Positions 19,832 to 29,614 of a stretch of 64,000 nt of DNA are shown in pieces. The stretch lies in NCBI GenBank assembly GCA_050287845.1, contig JBNKCR010000098.1:224001-288000 (forward strand), in the 5' to 3' direction. The notes beneath the pieces are model-generated. The model made no database searches. It saw only the letters and a program-made list of their open reading frames with translations, and was not told where the DNA came from. Position 1 is the stretch's first letter; each line of letters opens with the position of its first letter. The DNA comes from Polyangia bacterium (lineage in GTDB: Bacteria; Myxococcota_A; Polyangia; JAAYKL01). The translations under genes and the position numbers were made by a program.

Positions 19832-20719
19832 TCAACCCCTGGGATGAACCCGGTGATACTCCCGTTCCGCCAGACCGGTGGATACATGGGTATAGATTTG
19901 TGTGGTACTGATATCCCGGTGTCCCAGCATTGCCTGAACCGATCGCAGGTCCGCACCTCTTTCCAGGAGGTGGGTTGCAAATGAGTGTCTCAGTTTATGG
20001 GGGCTGAGGGATTTCTCTATATCGGCCGACGCAGCGTATTTGCGAATGATCAGCCAGAACCCCTGCCGTGTCATTGGGGCCCGATGATGGGTTAAAAAGA
20101 CAAATTTTTCATCCGGGTTGGCCCATGTTGGACGGATATTTTCCATATATGCGTTAAGCATGGTGATCGCCCACTCTCCGATGGGAATGATCCGACGTCG
20201 GTTCCCCTTGCCGGTAATCGCCAGAAATCCAGCTTCCGTGTCCACATCACTGCGCTTCATGTGGACGAGCTCAGAAACCCGCAGTCCCGCTGCGTACATC
20301 ATGTGCAGCATTGTCGCGTCCCTGAAGCCCCTTGGCGTGGACAAATCTGGTGTCATCAGCAGCCGTTCCACTTCGTCAAAGGTTATTATCACCGGAAGTC
20401 TTTTTCCAAAATTCGGAGATTCGATATGCTCAATGGGGTTGCTGCTCAAGATTTTTTCACTCATGAGGAATCCGAACAGCCCTCTGAGGGCGGAAAGGAT
20501 ACGAGCCTGTGTTCGGGCACTTAATTTTCTTTGCGATATTTCTCCAATGAAGTCCGTCAGGTCCGGCTCAGAAACCGTCGACAGCGACAGTCCAGCCGAA
20601 ATCAGAAAATCACCGAAATATCGCAAATCTCTCGTATATGCATCGATGGTGGCAGGGGCGAGTCCACGCTCCACTTTGAGATGAAGAATGAAATTGTCTA
20701 CCGTGTAATCAAAGGTCAT
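19832..20719 (-). CDS. xerD: Site-specific tyrosine recombinase XerD
   Basis: ERGLA..T..AY..DL, GLRVSEL, GKGNRRR, MTRQGFW, SPHKLRHSFATHLL..GADLRSVQ.MLGH.DISTTQIYTHV. Confidence 0.9.
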   Translation of the reverse strand: MTFDYTVDNFILHLKVERGLAPATIDAYTRDLRYFGDFLISAGLSLSTVSEPDLTDFIGEISQRKLSARTQARILSALRGLFGFLMSEKILSSNPIEHIESPNFGKRLPVIITFDEVERLLMTPDLSTPRGFRDATMLHMMYAAGLRVSELVHMKRSDVDTEAGFLAITGKGNRRRIIPIGEWAITMLNAYMENIRPTWANPDEKFVFLTHHRAPMTRQGFWLIIRKYAASADIEKSLSPHKLRHSFATHLLERGADLRSVQAMLGHRDISTTQIYTHVSTGLAEREYHRVHPRG

Positions 20720-20794
20720 GATTCAATTACATTATCAGAAGCGACGGAAACAATGAAAAAACAGGAGAGAATATCGCGGGAAGAGGATGAACGA

Positions 20795-21082
20795 TCAGTC
20801 GTTCAGGAAACCTTTGATGTCCTTGGCGGCTTTGAAAGTCATGGTTGTAGACGCAGCGATTTTGATGGTATCACCAGTCTGGGGGTTGCGGCCTTCGCGG
20901 GCAGCGCGTTCTTTCCGGGTGAATGTACCAAAAGCGGGTACTGTGAATTTGCCGTCTTCTTTCACTGATTTTTTAATTTCATCAACGATGGCATCGAAAA
21001 TGTCTGCCACTGCTTTTTTGGTGATGTTTTCAGGCGTTTTGGATGACGCAACTACTGCGTCAATGAGTTCTGATTTTGTCAT
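20795..21082 (-). CDS. hup: HU family DNA-binding protein
   Basis: MTKSELIDAV..., FGTF...ERAAREGRNPQTG..IKI.A.....FK. Start at ATG 21082 after GAGAGG. Confidence 0.92.
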   Translation of the reverse strand: MTKSELIDAVVASSKTPENITKKAVADIFDAIVDEIKKSVKEDGKFTVPAFGTFTRKERAAREGRNPQTGDTIKIAASTTMTFKAAKDIKGFLND

Positions 21083-21228
21083 TTGATTACCTCTCAATAG
21101 TTTTATAAATACCACTGTGTTGGATGTTATAAAGAGTGCTGTTACTTTGGTTCCGATGCGTTTTATGTCAAGCTTCTTTTAAAAAAAAACACGCAGCGGA
21201 AAGGAATCGTTTCCAATTTAATTAAAAA

Positions 21229-21525
21229 AGATAACTATTCAGCGGAAATAGTCAGATACGAGTCAAAATCCGGGAGTTTCCCCTGGAAAAGCAAGTCGAG
21301 AGCGGTGGTTGGTGAGATGTCGTGTTTTCGACATGTAATCAAATCGCTTCTGATTCGACAGAAGAATTTTGCGCCTTCCATGAAGCGAAAGCAGCCAGAT
21401 ACTTTTTGCTGTACTTTTGTCATTCGAAGGTCGAAAATCTGCCGACTCTCATAACCGACTTCTCTGTATTCGCCTTTGGGCAGACGGCGTTTGTCGACTC
21501 TGCAGTCATACCTGAATAGTTATCT
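21229..21525 (-). mobile_element. Miniature internally deleted IS66-family element (MITE-like remnant)
   Basis: Perfect 14-bp terminal inverted repeats AGATAACTATTCAG (21229-21242 and 21512-21525). The interior minus frame reads VDKRRLPKGEYREVGYESRQIFD fused to LRMTKVQQKVSGCFR..EGAKFFCRIRS...TCRK...LFQGKLPDF, both resembling IS66 TnpC segments. Confidence 0.8.
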
Positions 21526-21541
21526 GATAAATAGATTTTCT

Positions 21542-22015
21542 CTATTTTTTCCCTTGCATTCTTAAATTTCTGAAAAATGAACTCAGTATTTCCGAACACT
21601 CCTCGGCCAGGATGCCTCCTTTAACTTCGCACCGATGATTGAGCCGTTCGTCGTCAAGCAGGGTATACAGCGATTGCACGGCGCCGGCTTTGGGATCCAC
21701 TGCGCCGTAAACCACCCTGGGAATTCGCGCGTTCAATATGGCACCGGCGCACATGGGACAAGGCTCCAGTGTAACAAAGAGTGTGGTGTCCTCGAGTCTC
21801 CACAATCCGATGCGGTTAGCTGCATTCGCGATGGCGAGTATTTCCGCGTGGGCGATTGGATCCTGGTCGGCCTCCCTCCGATTGGCACCCGTGCCAATGA
21901 TTTGGCCGTCCTTGTCTATCACCAGCGCACCGACGGGGACTTCTCCTTCGGCTGCGGCCGCTCGCGCCAGATCCAATGCTATTCTCATATACATATCATA
22001 GGCTGCCTGGTCCAT
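21542..22015 (-). CDS. tadA: tRNA adenosine(34) deaminase
   Basis: GEVPVGA, HAE, VTLEPCPMCAGA, DPKAGA, LNH, FFRNLR. Confidence 0.93.
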   Translation of the reverse strand: MDQAAYDMYMRIALDLARAAAAEGEVPVGALVIDKDGQIIGTGANRREADQDPIAHAEILAIANAANRIGLWRLEDTTLFVTLEPCPMCAGAILNARIPRVVYGAVDPKAGAVQSLYTLLDDERLNHRCEVKGGILAEECSEILSSFFRNLRMQGKK

Positions 22016-22017
22016 GG

Positions 22018-23778
22018 TTACCTTTTCCTTCCGGGGAGTCGATTGGGGTTGTGGCCAGCGCGGTACGTTCGGGATAACGTTCGTGTCTCTCTTTGCTGTC
22101 CGCGCCCTGTAAGCAAGTTTTTCTGCCGCTTTCGCTCCCGGGCATCGGGGATATACATGGCGTTACCATGTTCATCCACCCCTGCGGCGTACATTGCCGC
22201 GGCCATGGTGCCCGGAAGTGGAATGAAGTTCTGCACCTGCTGCAATTGTTGATTTCGTTGTCGGAGCCATGCATGAGTATTGTTTGCCGCATCGGGAGTG
22301 CATCCCGGAAAACCGGCGATGAAATATGGAACAAGGTATTGTTCGAGTCCCTTTCTGCGACTGGCTTCAAGAAAGGCCTGTTCGAAAGATTCAAACTGTT
22401 GGATGGCGGGTTTTCGCATATGCCCAAGTACCATGGAATGGGTATGCTCCGGCGCCACTTTCAGATGTCCGCCGGTGAATGATTGGGCGAGCAGAGTGAT
22501 GAATGAGCGACTCGTCAGGGCCAGATCGTGGCGGATACCGCTGGCGATGTACAGATGTTTTATGCCGGGTAGACGACGGGCTTTTTTCAGGAGCTGGGCA
22601 AATCGATCCTGAGGGACATCGAGGTTCGTGCAGATGCGAGGAACCAGACAGGACACCCGTTTGCATTTGCGGCATTTTTCGACGTTCACATATCTCGCGC
22701 CCCAGGTGTTGGCGGTTGGTCCCCCGATATCGGTAATGGTGCCGGGAAAACGCTTGTCTTTGGCGAGACGGGTCAATTCGTCAAGTATTGACGTCTCACT
22801 GCGGCTGATAACTTCCCGGCCCTGGTGGTAGGCAAGGGCACAGAAACTGCAGCCGCCAGGGCATCCCCGCTGGGCAATGACCGACCAGCGAACCGGGAGA
22901 CTGGCCTGAATTTCTTTTTGATTCTGCGTCACGTACAACGGGTGACTGGTTCGCTGAAATGGAAGCGCGTGAATTTTGTCAAGTTGTTCTGAAGTGATTG
23001 GACGCGGCGGAAGACAGATAACAACACCTTCTTCGTATTGCTGAGTAAAACGGGTGGATTTATGAGGCCCCAGTCCTTCTTCCAGTATCCGGGTCTGATG
23101 AACCAGCAGTGACTTGTCGCTCATGATTGCATTGAACGCCGGGAGCGCCACTGACCTGTGTTCATCAGTTCGCCGCAGCACTGCAGTCCCGGGTATGCCA
23201 TCGAGATGTTCTTTTCGGACAAGTTTACCGGCTATCTCCAGAACGGTGGCTTCGCCGCTGCCGAACACCAGAATGTCCGCCCGGGTGTCCACCAGAACAG
23301 ATCGGCGAATGGCTTTTTTCAGGTAGTCATAATAAGCGAACCGTCGGGTGCTGGCTTCAACACCGCCCAGAACAACCGGTACACCGGGAAACGCCGATTT
23401 GACTGCACCGCAGTATACTGCCGTAGCAAAATTGGGACGGCGCTGACTTTTTTCAGAGGCCGCGTATGCATCGGTTTTTCTGGGGGCCAAATCAGCTGTG
23501 TAATTGTTCAATGTGGAATCCACTGCGCCGGCGCTGATTCCCACAAACAGTTTCGGTGTTCCCAATCGTTTCAGCGACTCAATATCCGTCCAGTCAGGAC
23601 GGGCCATGATGGCAACGCGATATCCGTCGGCTTCCAGTACTCTACCGATGACCGCCGTACCATGGGTGGGACTGTCAAAATAGTCGTCTCCTGTAATGAG
23701 AAGCACATCGATTTCATCCCAGTTTCGAAAGCGAAGCTCCTCCCGGGTCATGGGCAAAAACAGAGTGCTGCGGGTCAT
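22018..23778 (-). CDS. ygiQ: YgiQ family (UPF0313) radical SAM protein
   Basis: FLPMTREE, ITGD.Y.D.P..G.AVIGR, GGVEAS.RR..YYDY, RGCPGGCSFC, D.GGPTAN, SGIRHDL, G.LKVAPEH. Confidence 0.9.
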   Translation of the reverse strand: MTRSTLFLPMTREELRFRNWDEIDVLLITGDDYFDSPTHGTAVIGRVLEADGYRVAIMARPDWTDIESLKRLGTPKLFVGISAGAVDSTLNNYTADLAPRKTDAYAASEKSQRRPNFATAVYCGAVKSAFPGVPVVLGGVEASTRRFAYYDYLKKAIRRSVLVDTRADILVFGSGEATVLEIAGKLVRKEHLDGIPGTAVLRRTDEHRSVALPAFNAIMSDKSLLVHQTRILEEGLGPHKSTRFTQQYEEGVVICLPPRPITSEQLDKIHALPFQRTSHPLYVTQNQKEIQASLPVRWSVIAQRGCPGGCSFCALAYHQGREVISRSETSILDELTRLAKDKRFPGTITDIGGPTANTWGARYVNVEKCRKCKRVSCLVPRICTNLDVPQDRFAQLLKKARRLPGIKHLYIASGIRHDLALTSRSFITLLAQSFTGGHLKVAPEHTHSMVLGHMRKPAIQQFESFEQAFLEASRRKGLEQYLVPYFIAGFPGCTPDAANNTHAWLRQRNQQLQQVQNFIPLPGTMAAAMYAAGVDEHGNAMYIPDARERKRQKNLLTGRGQQRETRTLSRTYRAGHNPNRLPGRKR

Positions 23779-24680
23779 TTATTGAAATGTTCCAGAATGG
23801 CGTCGCACAGCTTGGAGCCAATGCTGAATGTCATGTCGTGGCCCTCACCGGGAAATGTTTTCATCGACGCGTTGTGAAACGACTTCAGGGTTTCTTCCGC
23901 GGCCCAGAGCGGCATAATGCTGTCGTCTGCTCCGTGCAACACCAGAACCGGTATATCAATGCGCCTCGTATCCTGTTTTCGGTTTCCCTGATTCACCGGG
24001 ACGCTGAACAGCTGATAATAGTAGGGGTAGGGACGGACGTAAAAAATGTCCTTCTGGGTGAATTTTCCCGGCGCAGGGCCATAGTCGGTGCTCATTGCCC
24101 GGGATTCCACCAGTCCCAGGAGCTTGCCCGGCGAAAGGCGAAGGGCGAATTTGCCCATGCGCGTTCGCTTTTTAATTTCCTTTTCGCTGGAGCTGAGCAT
24201 CACGGTGGAAATCAGTACCAGACCGCGCACATTGTTGGATGGATTCTGCAGCAGGTATTCGATGGCGCCATACGCACCATTCGATACGCCCACCAGCAAT
24301 GAGGGAGAGATGTCAATGGCTCGAACAAAATCGGTGACCACTTTGCCCCAGTCTTCCACCTGACCGGTGTACATCGGACTCGTATCCGGGTATTGCGGGG
24401 CGTACACCCGGTACTTCTCTGCGAGTTTTTCGAAGTTCAGCCAGATGCGATTGTCAAAGATGCCCCCGTGAAGAAGAATCGCCACCGGTGCATCCGGCGA
24501 TGGTCCCTCCAGATACATATAACTGTAGCGATTTCCGGATTCGGCATTCTGAACCGTTTGTTCCTGCCAGGGCGCGATCTCCAGGGCAGGGCGAATGGTG
24601 CGCGTGGCACCGTTGGGAATACAACCGGCCAGTGCGAACACCGTTCCTACGAGCAATGAAGTCTTTTTTAATATAGACAA
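23775..24680 (-). CDS. Alpha/beta hydrolase lipoprotein
   Basis: Lipobox LAGC; LLHGG, GVSNG nucleophile elbow, HGADD, GH. Confidence 0.85.
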   Translation of the reverse strand: MSILKKTSLLVGTVFALAGCIPNGATRTIRPALEIAPWQEQTVQNAESGNRYSYMYLEGPSPDAPVAILLHGGIFDNRIWLNFEKLAEKYRVYAPQYPDTSPMYTGQVEDWGKVVTDFVRAIDISPSLLVGVSNGAYGAIEYLLQNPSNNVRGLVLISTVMLSSSEKEIKKRTRMGKFALRLSPGKLLGLVESRAMSTDYGPAPGKFTQKDIFYVRPYPYYYQLFSVPVNQGNRKQDTRRIDIPVLVLHGADDSIMPLWAAEETLKSFHNASMKTFPGEGHDMTFSIGSKLCDAILEHFNK

Positions 24681-24833
24681 AACAATCCCCTTTATACTGC
24701 GTGAAACGTAACGGTTGGCTACACGCCTGTCAACTTGGATAAAATTATGAAAAAAAATTACATGACGAACTGTTTTTCAGGCAAATATAAATTATATTAA
24801 ATACGCACGGTTATAGAAGTTTGGAGTGTTCTC

Positions 24834-25898
24834 GTGAATAAAAAATGTGTCGCAGTATTGCCGGACGGAGATGCAGACGCGCATATCAGGCAGCGGACCG
24901 ATGACCTTTTTGAGCTTATCATTGAGCCGGCCATGGAGAAGCTCAACTTCGATGTGACAAGGTCTGACAGCACAAGCCGATTATCTGCCATTTCCCAGGA
25001 TATGGTGGAAATGATCCAGACCTCGGAGTTGTGTATCTTTGATTTGACCGGCAGTGATCCCAGCGTGCTGTATCTGTGTGGACGTCGACATGAAACAGCC
25101 CGGCCTGCGATTCATCTGATTCAGGCCGGCGCCGGCAACCCCCTGGTGCTGACAGGCATATCCGTTGTTCCCTACGATGTGTCCACAGCCAGAGGTGTGC
25201 AACATATCTCTTCGATTATCCAGGATTCTGTCCGGCATTTTGACGACAGGGATTATGCGGCAACGTCCTCGGGGGCCACCCTGGCTTCCCTGGCGCAGTC
25301 CATTGACCGGCTGGAGCGTAAGATTGAACAGTTGGCTGCTCCCCGTGCAGTGCCTGATGTCGCCGACAGTGAGGATTGGGATGCACTTGAATTGCAGTTG
25401 ATGGGGCCCGAAGCGGTTCATAAAATGATCGCCGCAGGTCAACTGGAAGCTGCTGTGACATTCATCCGGAAATCCCGGGAAAAGTTTGGGATGGACAGTT
25501 TTCTGGCACTGGCAGTGTTGCCGGTCATGGCGGGATCGTTCACGGGATTCAATTATCTCAAATCAATTGCCCGGGAAATTATTTTTGATCCGCCACAGGT
25601 CGAAGACGATCACGTGATGCTGATTATCGGCGCATTGGTCCAATACTTCTCGGTGAGAGATGAAGACACCGGCGGACTGCAGGAATTGGGGCATATCTTC
25701 ACGATTGCTACAGATAAATTCAAAAATAACAAACGGCTGATGGCGTTTTTGCACATTCAGCTGTCCAAGCTGCAAATCAACTCCGGGTACGTGCAGGATG
25801 CGCTCAAAAATCTTGAAACGGCCAGTACCCAGTATGGTGACTCTGACGCCGCCAGACACCTGGCCCAGGTAAAAAAAGAAATCGAAAAGCAGGCCTGA
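24834..25898 (+). CDS. Nucleoside 2-deoxyribosyltransferase/TIR-like N-terminal domain plus helical (TPR-like) C-terminus
   Basis: IIEPA.....F.V.R.D......I...I......ELCIFDLTG.DPSVLYLCGRRHE resembles the DLTGxNPNVxYExG family; short coiled coil; helical repeats. Confidence 0.6.
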   Translation: MNKKCVAVLPDGDADAHIRQRTDDLFELIIEPAMEKLNFDVTRSDSTSRLSAISQDMVEMIQTSELCIFDLTGSDPSVLYLCGRRHETARPAIHLIQAGAGNPLVLTGISVVPYDVSTARGVQHISSIIQDSVRHFDDRDYAATSSGATLASLAQSIDRLERKIEQLAAPRAVPDVADSEDWDALELQLMGPEAVHKMIAAGQLEAAVTFIRKSREKFGMDSFLALAVLPVMAGSFTGFNYLKSIAREIIFDPPQVEDDHVMLIIGALVQYFSVRDEDTGGLQELGHIFTIATDKFKNNKRLMAFLHIQLSKLQINSGYVQDALKNLETASTQYGDSDAARHLAQVKKEIEKQA

Positions 25899-25977
25899 GC
25901 TGAGTCGATTTACTGTTACAAAGCGCTTTCCACCACATTTCCGGAGTCATTTTCCAACTACAAACATGGCTGGCTGG

Positions 25978-26364
25978 TTAATGGCCCCGATGTTTCTGTT
26001 TTTTTCGGTATTGCTTTTTATTAAATCGCTCTTGCTGTGTTTCTTTTCTTTTCTTGGTGTGGTTTTGTTTTTTTTCTTCAAGGTATTTTTTTTGTGCTTC
26101 CCCGAATGCCAGTTGTGCTTTGGTAGTGTTTCTTCTTACATCTCTGAGCAGACGTTTGGGTTTAATTCTGAGCTGTGAATCCGTGCACTCGCGAAATTTC
26201 AACTGAGGATACACCCGAACATAAAAATCGAGCATATCGTTGTAAGAGGGGTCTGGGCCAAACGTAAATCTGGCAATCAGATGAGTACCGTTTTCAGGAA
26301 ACTGTTCCGCCAGGGCGACCCAATACTGCCCATCAAAATAAATTGTTGTAATGCCACTTTCCAT
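25978..26364 (-). CDS. yjdF: YjdF (DUF2992) family protein
   Basis: TIYFDGQYWV..., FG..P, KPKRL.R, TKAQ.A, basic tail KKQKHRGH typical of DUF2992. Confidence 0.85.
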   Translation of the reverse strand: MESGITTIYFDGQYWVALAEQFPENGTHLIARFTFGPDPSYNDMLDFYVRVYPQLKFRECTDSQLRIKPKRLLRDVRRNTTKAQLAFGEAQKKYLEEKKQNHTKKRKETQQERFNKKQYRKKQKHRGH

Positions 26365-26392
26365 TCTGCACCTCCGGATAAACCTATCCAGG

Positions 26393-26474
26393 AGGCAAAA
26401 CGGACATCTTTCGATGGATACGGGACTTCTGGAAGTCGCCCTGACTACCTACAGGGCTGTGTTTTTATTTGCCT
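26393..26474 (-). ncRNA. yjdF-class (azaaromatic-sensing) riboswitch aptamer
   Basis: Minus strand AGGCAAA-TAAAAACAC-AGCCCTG-TAGGTAGT-CAGGGC-GACTTC..GAAGTC-CCGTATCC-ATCGAAAGAT-GTCC-GTTTTGCCT. It has P1 AGGCAAA/TTTGCCT and the AAAACAC, GGTAGTC and GATGTCC segments recalled for yjdF RNA, directly 5' of the yjdF gene. Confidence 0.8.
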
Positions 26475-26780
26475 GAAAAAAACGTCATTTAATGTGTAGA
26501 AAATAGCTGGAATCTCTGCAACATGTTTTTCAACAAAATTATCGTGGCGAACCGACGCCGTGAGGCATTTTCATACAACAGGAGAGACAGCTCTTTCGCC
26601 GTTTCCAGCACACTTGAAAAGTGAAGACTTTCCACCATCCCAGGATCCAGCAGGGTTTGACAGAGAGGCTTTTCATGAAGAACTGAAAAAAAAGATACGT
26701 CACTTTTTTGAGGCAACTTCCGGGTATACAGGCATGTGACGGTTCGCTCTGACATGATTCCGGACAACGCCAACCTGTTG

Positions 26781-27206
26781 TTATAGATTCTTAATGTATT
26801 TTTCCGGATTTTCGTCAAACCTGGGTTTGCAGCCGGGGCAGCAGAATACATATGTTTTGCCTTTATATACGCTGTGGGTTGAATTGGGTGTCACTTCAAA
26901 TTCGTTTTTCAATACCGGACAAAACGCCCTCGTACCAGTTGCCGGCATTCCATCGAATCCGTTTCTCACCGTCGCTGCAGTTCTGTTCTTTGAGAGTGCT
27001 CCAGCCAAATGGTTGTGCCCCCCGTCTCCCTGATGCCCATCGTGATTCATTGCGCCATAATTCATTGCGCCGTGATTCATCATTTCAGGCCCCATCCAAT
27101 CTGGCGGCTCGTTCTCCGAAGCCAGAGCGTTGTTCCCGCAGGCGGCGATGCTGAATGCAATAAGAGCGAATACGGCAACACCAACAATAAAAATTGATTT
27201 TTTCAT
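26781..27206 (-). CDS. YHS/TRASH-domain lipoprotein with Met/His-rich segment (putative Cu chaperone)
   Basis: Signal ending IAAC; MMNHGAMNYGAMNHDGHQGDGGHNH; CPV...YKGKTYVFCCPGCK..F..NPEKY. Confidence 0.8.
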   Translation of the reverse strand: MKKSIFIVGVAVFALIAFSIAACGNNALASENEPPDWMGPEMMNHGAMNYGAMNHDGHQGDGGHNHLAGALSKNRTAATVRNGFDGMPATGTRAFCPVLKNEFEVTPNSTHSVYKGKTYVFCCPGCKPRFDENPEKYIKNL

Positions 27207-27260
27207 GATGTTCTCCTTAAAGCAAAGCCGCTATCGCGGCGTGTTGTGATCCAGCAGATG

Positions 27261-27276
27261 TGCAGCATGCGTGCCA
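27261..27276 (-). promoter_or_regulatory. sigma54 (-24/-12) promoter of the YHS gene
   Basis: Minus strand TGGCACGCATGCTGCA versus consensus TGGCACG-N4-TTGCW; about 55 bp upstream of the start. Confidence 0.7.
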
Positions 27277-27345
27277 GCGATCAGGAATGGGGGAAACAGC
27301 GGCAGGTCAGGTAAAAGCAAACAGACAAAATGCTGGATTTGAGAG

Positions 27346-27368
27346 TATTGTCACCTTGTTTGACAATA
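27346..27368. promoter_or_regulatory. Candidate enhancer-binding-protein site between divergent sigma54 promoters
   Basis: Perfect inverted repeat TATTGTCA-N7-TGACAATA. Confidence 0.6.
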
Positions 27369-27460
27369 TTATGAATCAGACGCCGGTTATCCGAATCCTT
27401 ACATGTTTTCATGGGAGCAACTCCCGGCTGGAAAACAGCTGATATCCTGTTGCGCCTCAA

Positions 27461-27476
27461 TGGCATATTGAATGCA
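27461..27476 (+). promoter_or_regulatory. sigma54 promoter of copA
   Basis: TGGCATATTGAATGCA with correctly spaced GG and GC. Confidence 0.6.
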
Positions 27477-27542
27477 TTTTTATCTTAACGTTGGGGCAAT
27501 ATTGCCTGAACATGACGCATAAGAATTAATAGGAGATAAACC

Positions 27543-29457
27543 ATGTCACAGCAGACCTCGAATGTGATTCAGCTTGATATTGTCGGTATGAGCTGTGCCA
27601 GCTGTGTTGCGCGGGTTGAGAAGGCGCTTTCGGCGGTGGAGGGAGTGCGTTCGGCCTCCGTGAATCTGGCCGACGACAGTGCGGGAGTTGAAGTGGATAG
27701 TCGTTTTTCACACACAGACGATTTGATCGCGGCGGTAAAAAAGTCTGGATACAGTGCTATTTTACACAGCGATGACACAGACCCGACCGATTCCGATGAC
27801 GCCCATCCTCGAAAATGGTCACTGGGCACAGTTGTACTGATATTTTCAGTGATATTGACATTGCCATTCCTGGTTCAGATGGCGGGGATGCTTTGGGGGG
27901 CTGGATGGGAGATGCCAATATGGTTGCAGCTGTCGCTGGCAATCCCGGTCCAGTTTGTTGCCGGGGCACGCTTTTATCGGGGCGCATGGGGCGCACTGCG
28001 AAACGGCTCCGGAAACATGGATACGCTGGTGGTGCTGGGAACTTCGGCGGCATTTGGCTTGAGCGTGGGGCAACTGGCGTTGACCGAAGGAACGCCACAT
28101 CTGTATTTTGAGGCGTCAGCCACCGTGATTACTCTGGTACTGCTGGGCAAATGGATGGAGGGACGCGCCCGGAACGCCACCGCGGCGGCCATTCGCGCCT
28201 TAACCAGACTGCAAAAACGCACAGATGAAAAAAGCGCCGGTGCAAAAACTGGTAGATCGGGTAGCGGCGATATTTGTGCCGGTGGTCGTGCTGATTGCTG
28301 TGGTCACTTTCATAGGTTGGTATTTGTATAACGGCGATTTCTCGGCGGCGACAATTACCGCGGTGTCGGTTCTGGTGATTGCCTGTCCGTGTGCCCTGGG
28401 ATTGGCCACACCAACAGCGATTATGGTGGGCACCGGCGTCGCCGCCCGTGCCGGCATTCTGGTAAAGGATGTGGATGCGTTGGAAATTGCACATCGGGTA
28501 GATACTGTGGTCCTTGATAAAACAGGCACCCTCACCGAAGGTAAACCCCGGGTCTCGGAAATTGTGTCGATGAATGGCAAAGATGCCGACTTGCTGGCGG
28601 TTGCGGCGGCGGCGCAACAGGGCAGCGAGCACCCTCTGGCACTGGCCATCCTGAATGAAGCGGAGTCGCGCAGCATCGCGGTCGGGTCGCCCGATGACTT
28701 TCAGAGTCTGTCCGGACAGGGGCTGCATGCAACGGTTTCGGGACATTCGGTTTTCATTGGAAACCGTGCACTGATGAAGGAGAAGTCCATAGACACATCG
28801 ATTCTGGAATCTGAAGCAGTTACATTTGAAGATGAGGGCAAAACGGTGATGTGGATTGCTGTGGAGGGCAATCTTGCTGGTGTGATTGCAGTGGGGGATA
28901 CCGTTAAACCTGATGCAGAAGCGTTTATCGCTGCGTTGCATCGACAGGGAAAATGGGTAGTGATGCTCACCGGAGATAATCGAAGAACGGCACGGGTGGT
29001 GGCGAACATGTTGCGGATTGACGATGTTGTCGCCGAAGTGCTGCCGGAGCACAAGGCGCAAAAGATTGAAGCGCTGCAGCGCGAGGGTCGCGTGGTAGCC
29101 ATGGTGGGAGACGGGGTGAACGATGCACCGGCGCTGGCGACAGCGGATCTCAGCGTGGCCATGGGCGCCGGAACAGATGTGGCGATGGCGACTGCAAAAA
29201 TTACCCTGATGCGTAGCAACCCGGTGCTGATACTGGATGCAATGACTCTTTCGGAGCGAACATTTAAAAAGATCAGACAAAATCTGTTTTGGGCGTTCAT
29301 TTACAATACGGTGGGCATTCCGCTGGCAGCGCTGGGATTTTTGAATCCGATGGTGGCAGGGGCGGCCATGGCCATGAGCAGTGTGAGTGTGGTTACCAAT
29401 TCACTACTGCTTAGACGGCAGAAACTGGTGGCAGGCCATCAGCAGTTCGTTAAATGA
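27543..29457 (+). pseudogene. copA: Cu(I)-translocating P1B-type ATPase, frameshifted, actuator domain missing
   Basis: HMA GMSCASC, NMDTL and LYFE in the first [28 protein letters not shown] and MAMSS in the second. At about 28212 AIRALTRLQ joins directly to [10 protein letters not shown] in another frame, and no TGES actuator sequence is present. Confidence 0.85.
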
Positions 29458-29614
29458 AACAAACGGGAACCGTCTGTACCTGTCATGCATCACCTTCTTA
29501 TCACCGCATATTCTGAAATCGTTGCTATCTGAGTCGCCAGCGTGTGAATTCGTTGACCTGCAGGTTGTTCAGCAGTATTGATTGTTCATAATTTTCCAAT
29601 CGAAAGGTTTTAAG

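Noticed and set aside
19832..20719. Tyrosine recombinase as a possible prophage or island integrase
   Set aside because: It has XerD-specific motifs and length, housekeeping neighbours, and no att sites or phage genes were seen.
27281..27466. 61-aa ORF between the YHS gene and copA
   Set aside because: It overlaps the divergent promoters and inverted repeat and has no recognisable protein features.
27495..27506. Palindrome GGCAATATTGCC upstream of copA as a CsoR/CueR operator
   Set aside because: It does not match the CsoR or CueR operator patterns I recall, and no second copy was seen at the other copper promoters.
28200..28235. Programmed frameshift at the A-runs in copA
   Set aside because: Restoring the frame would still leave the protein without its actuator domain; a deletion explains the junction better.
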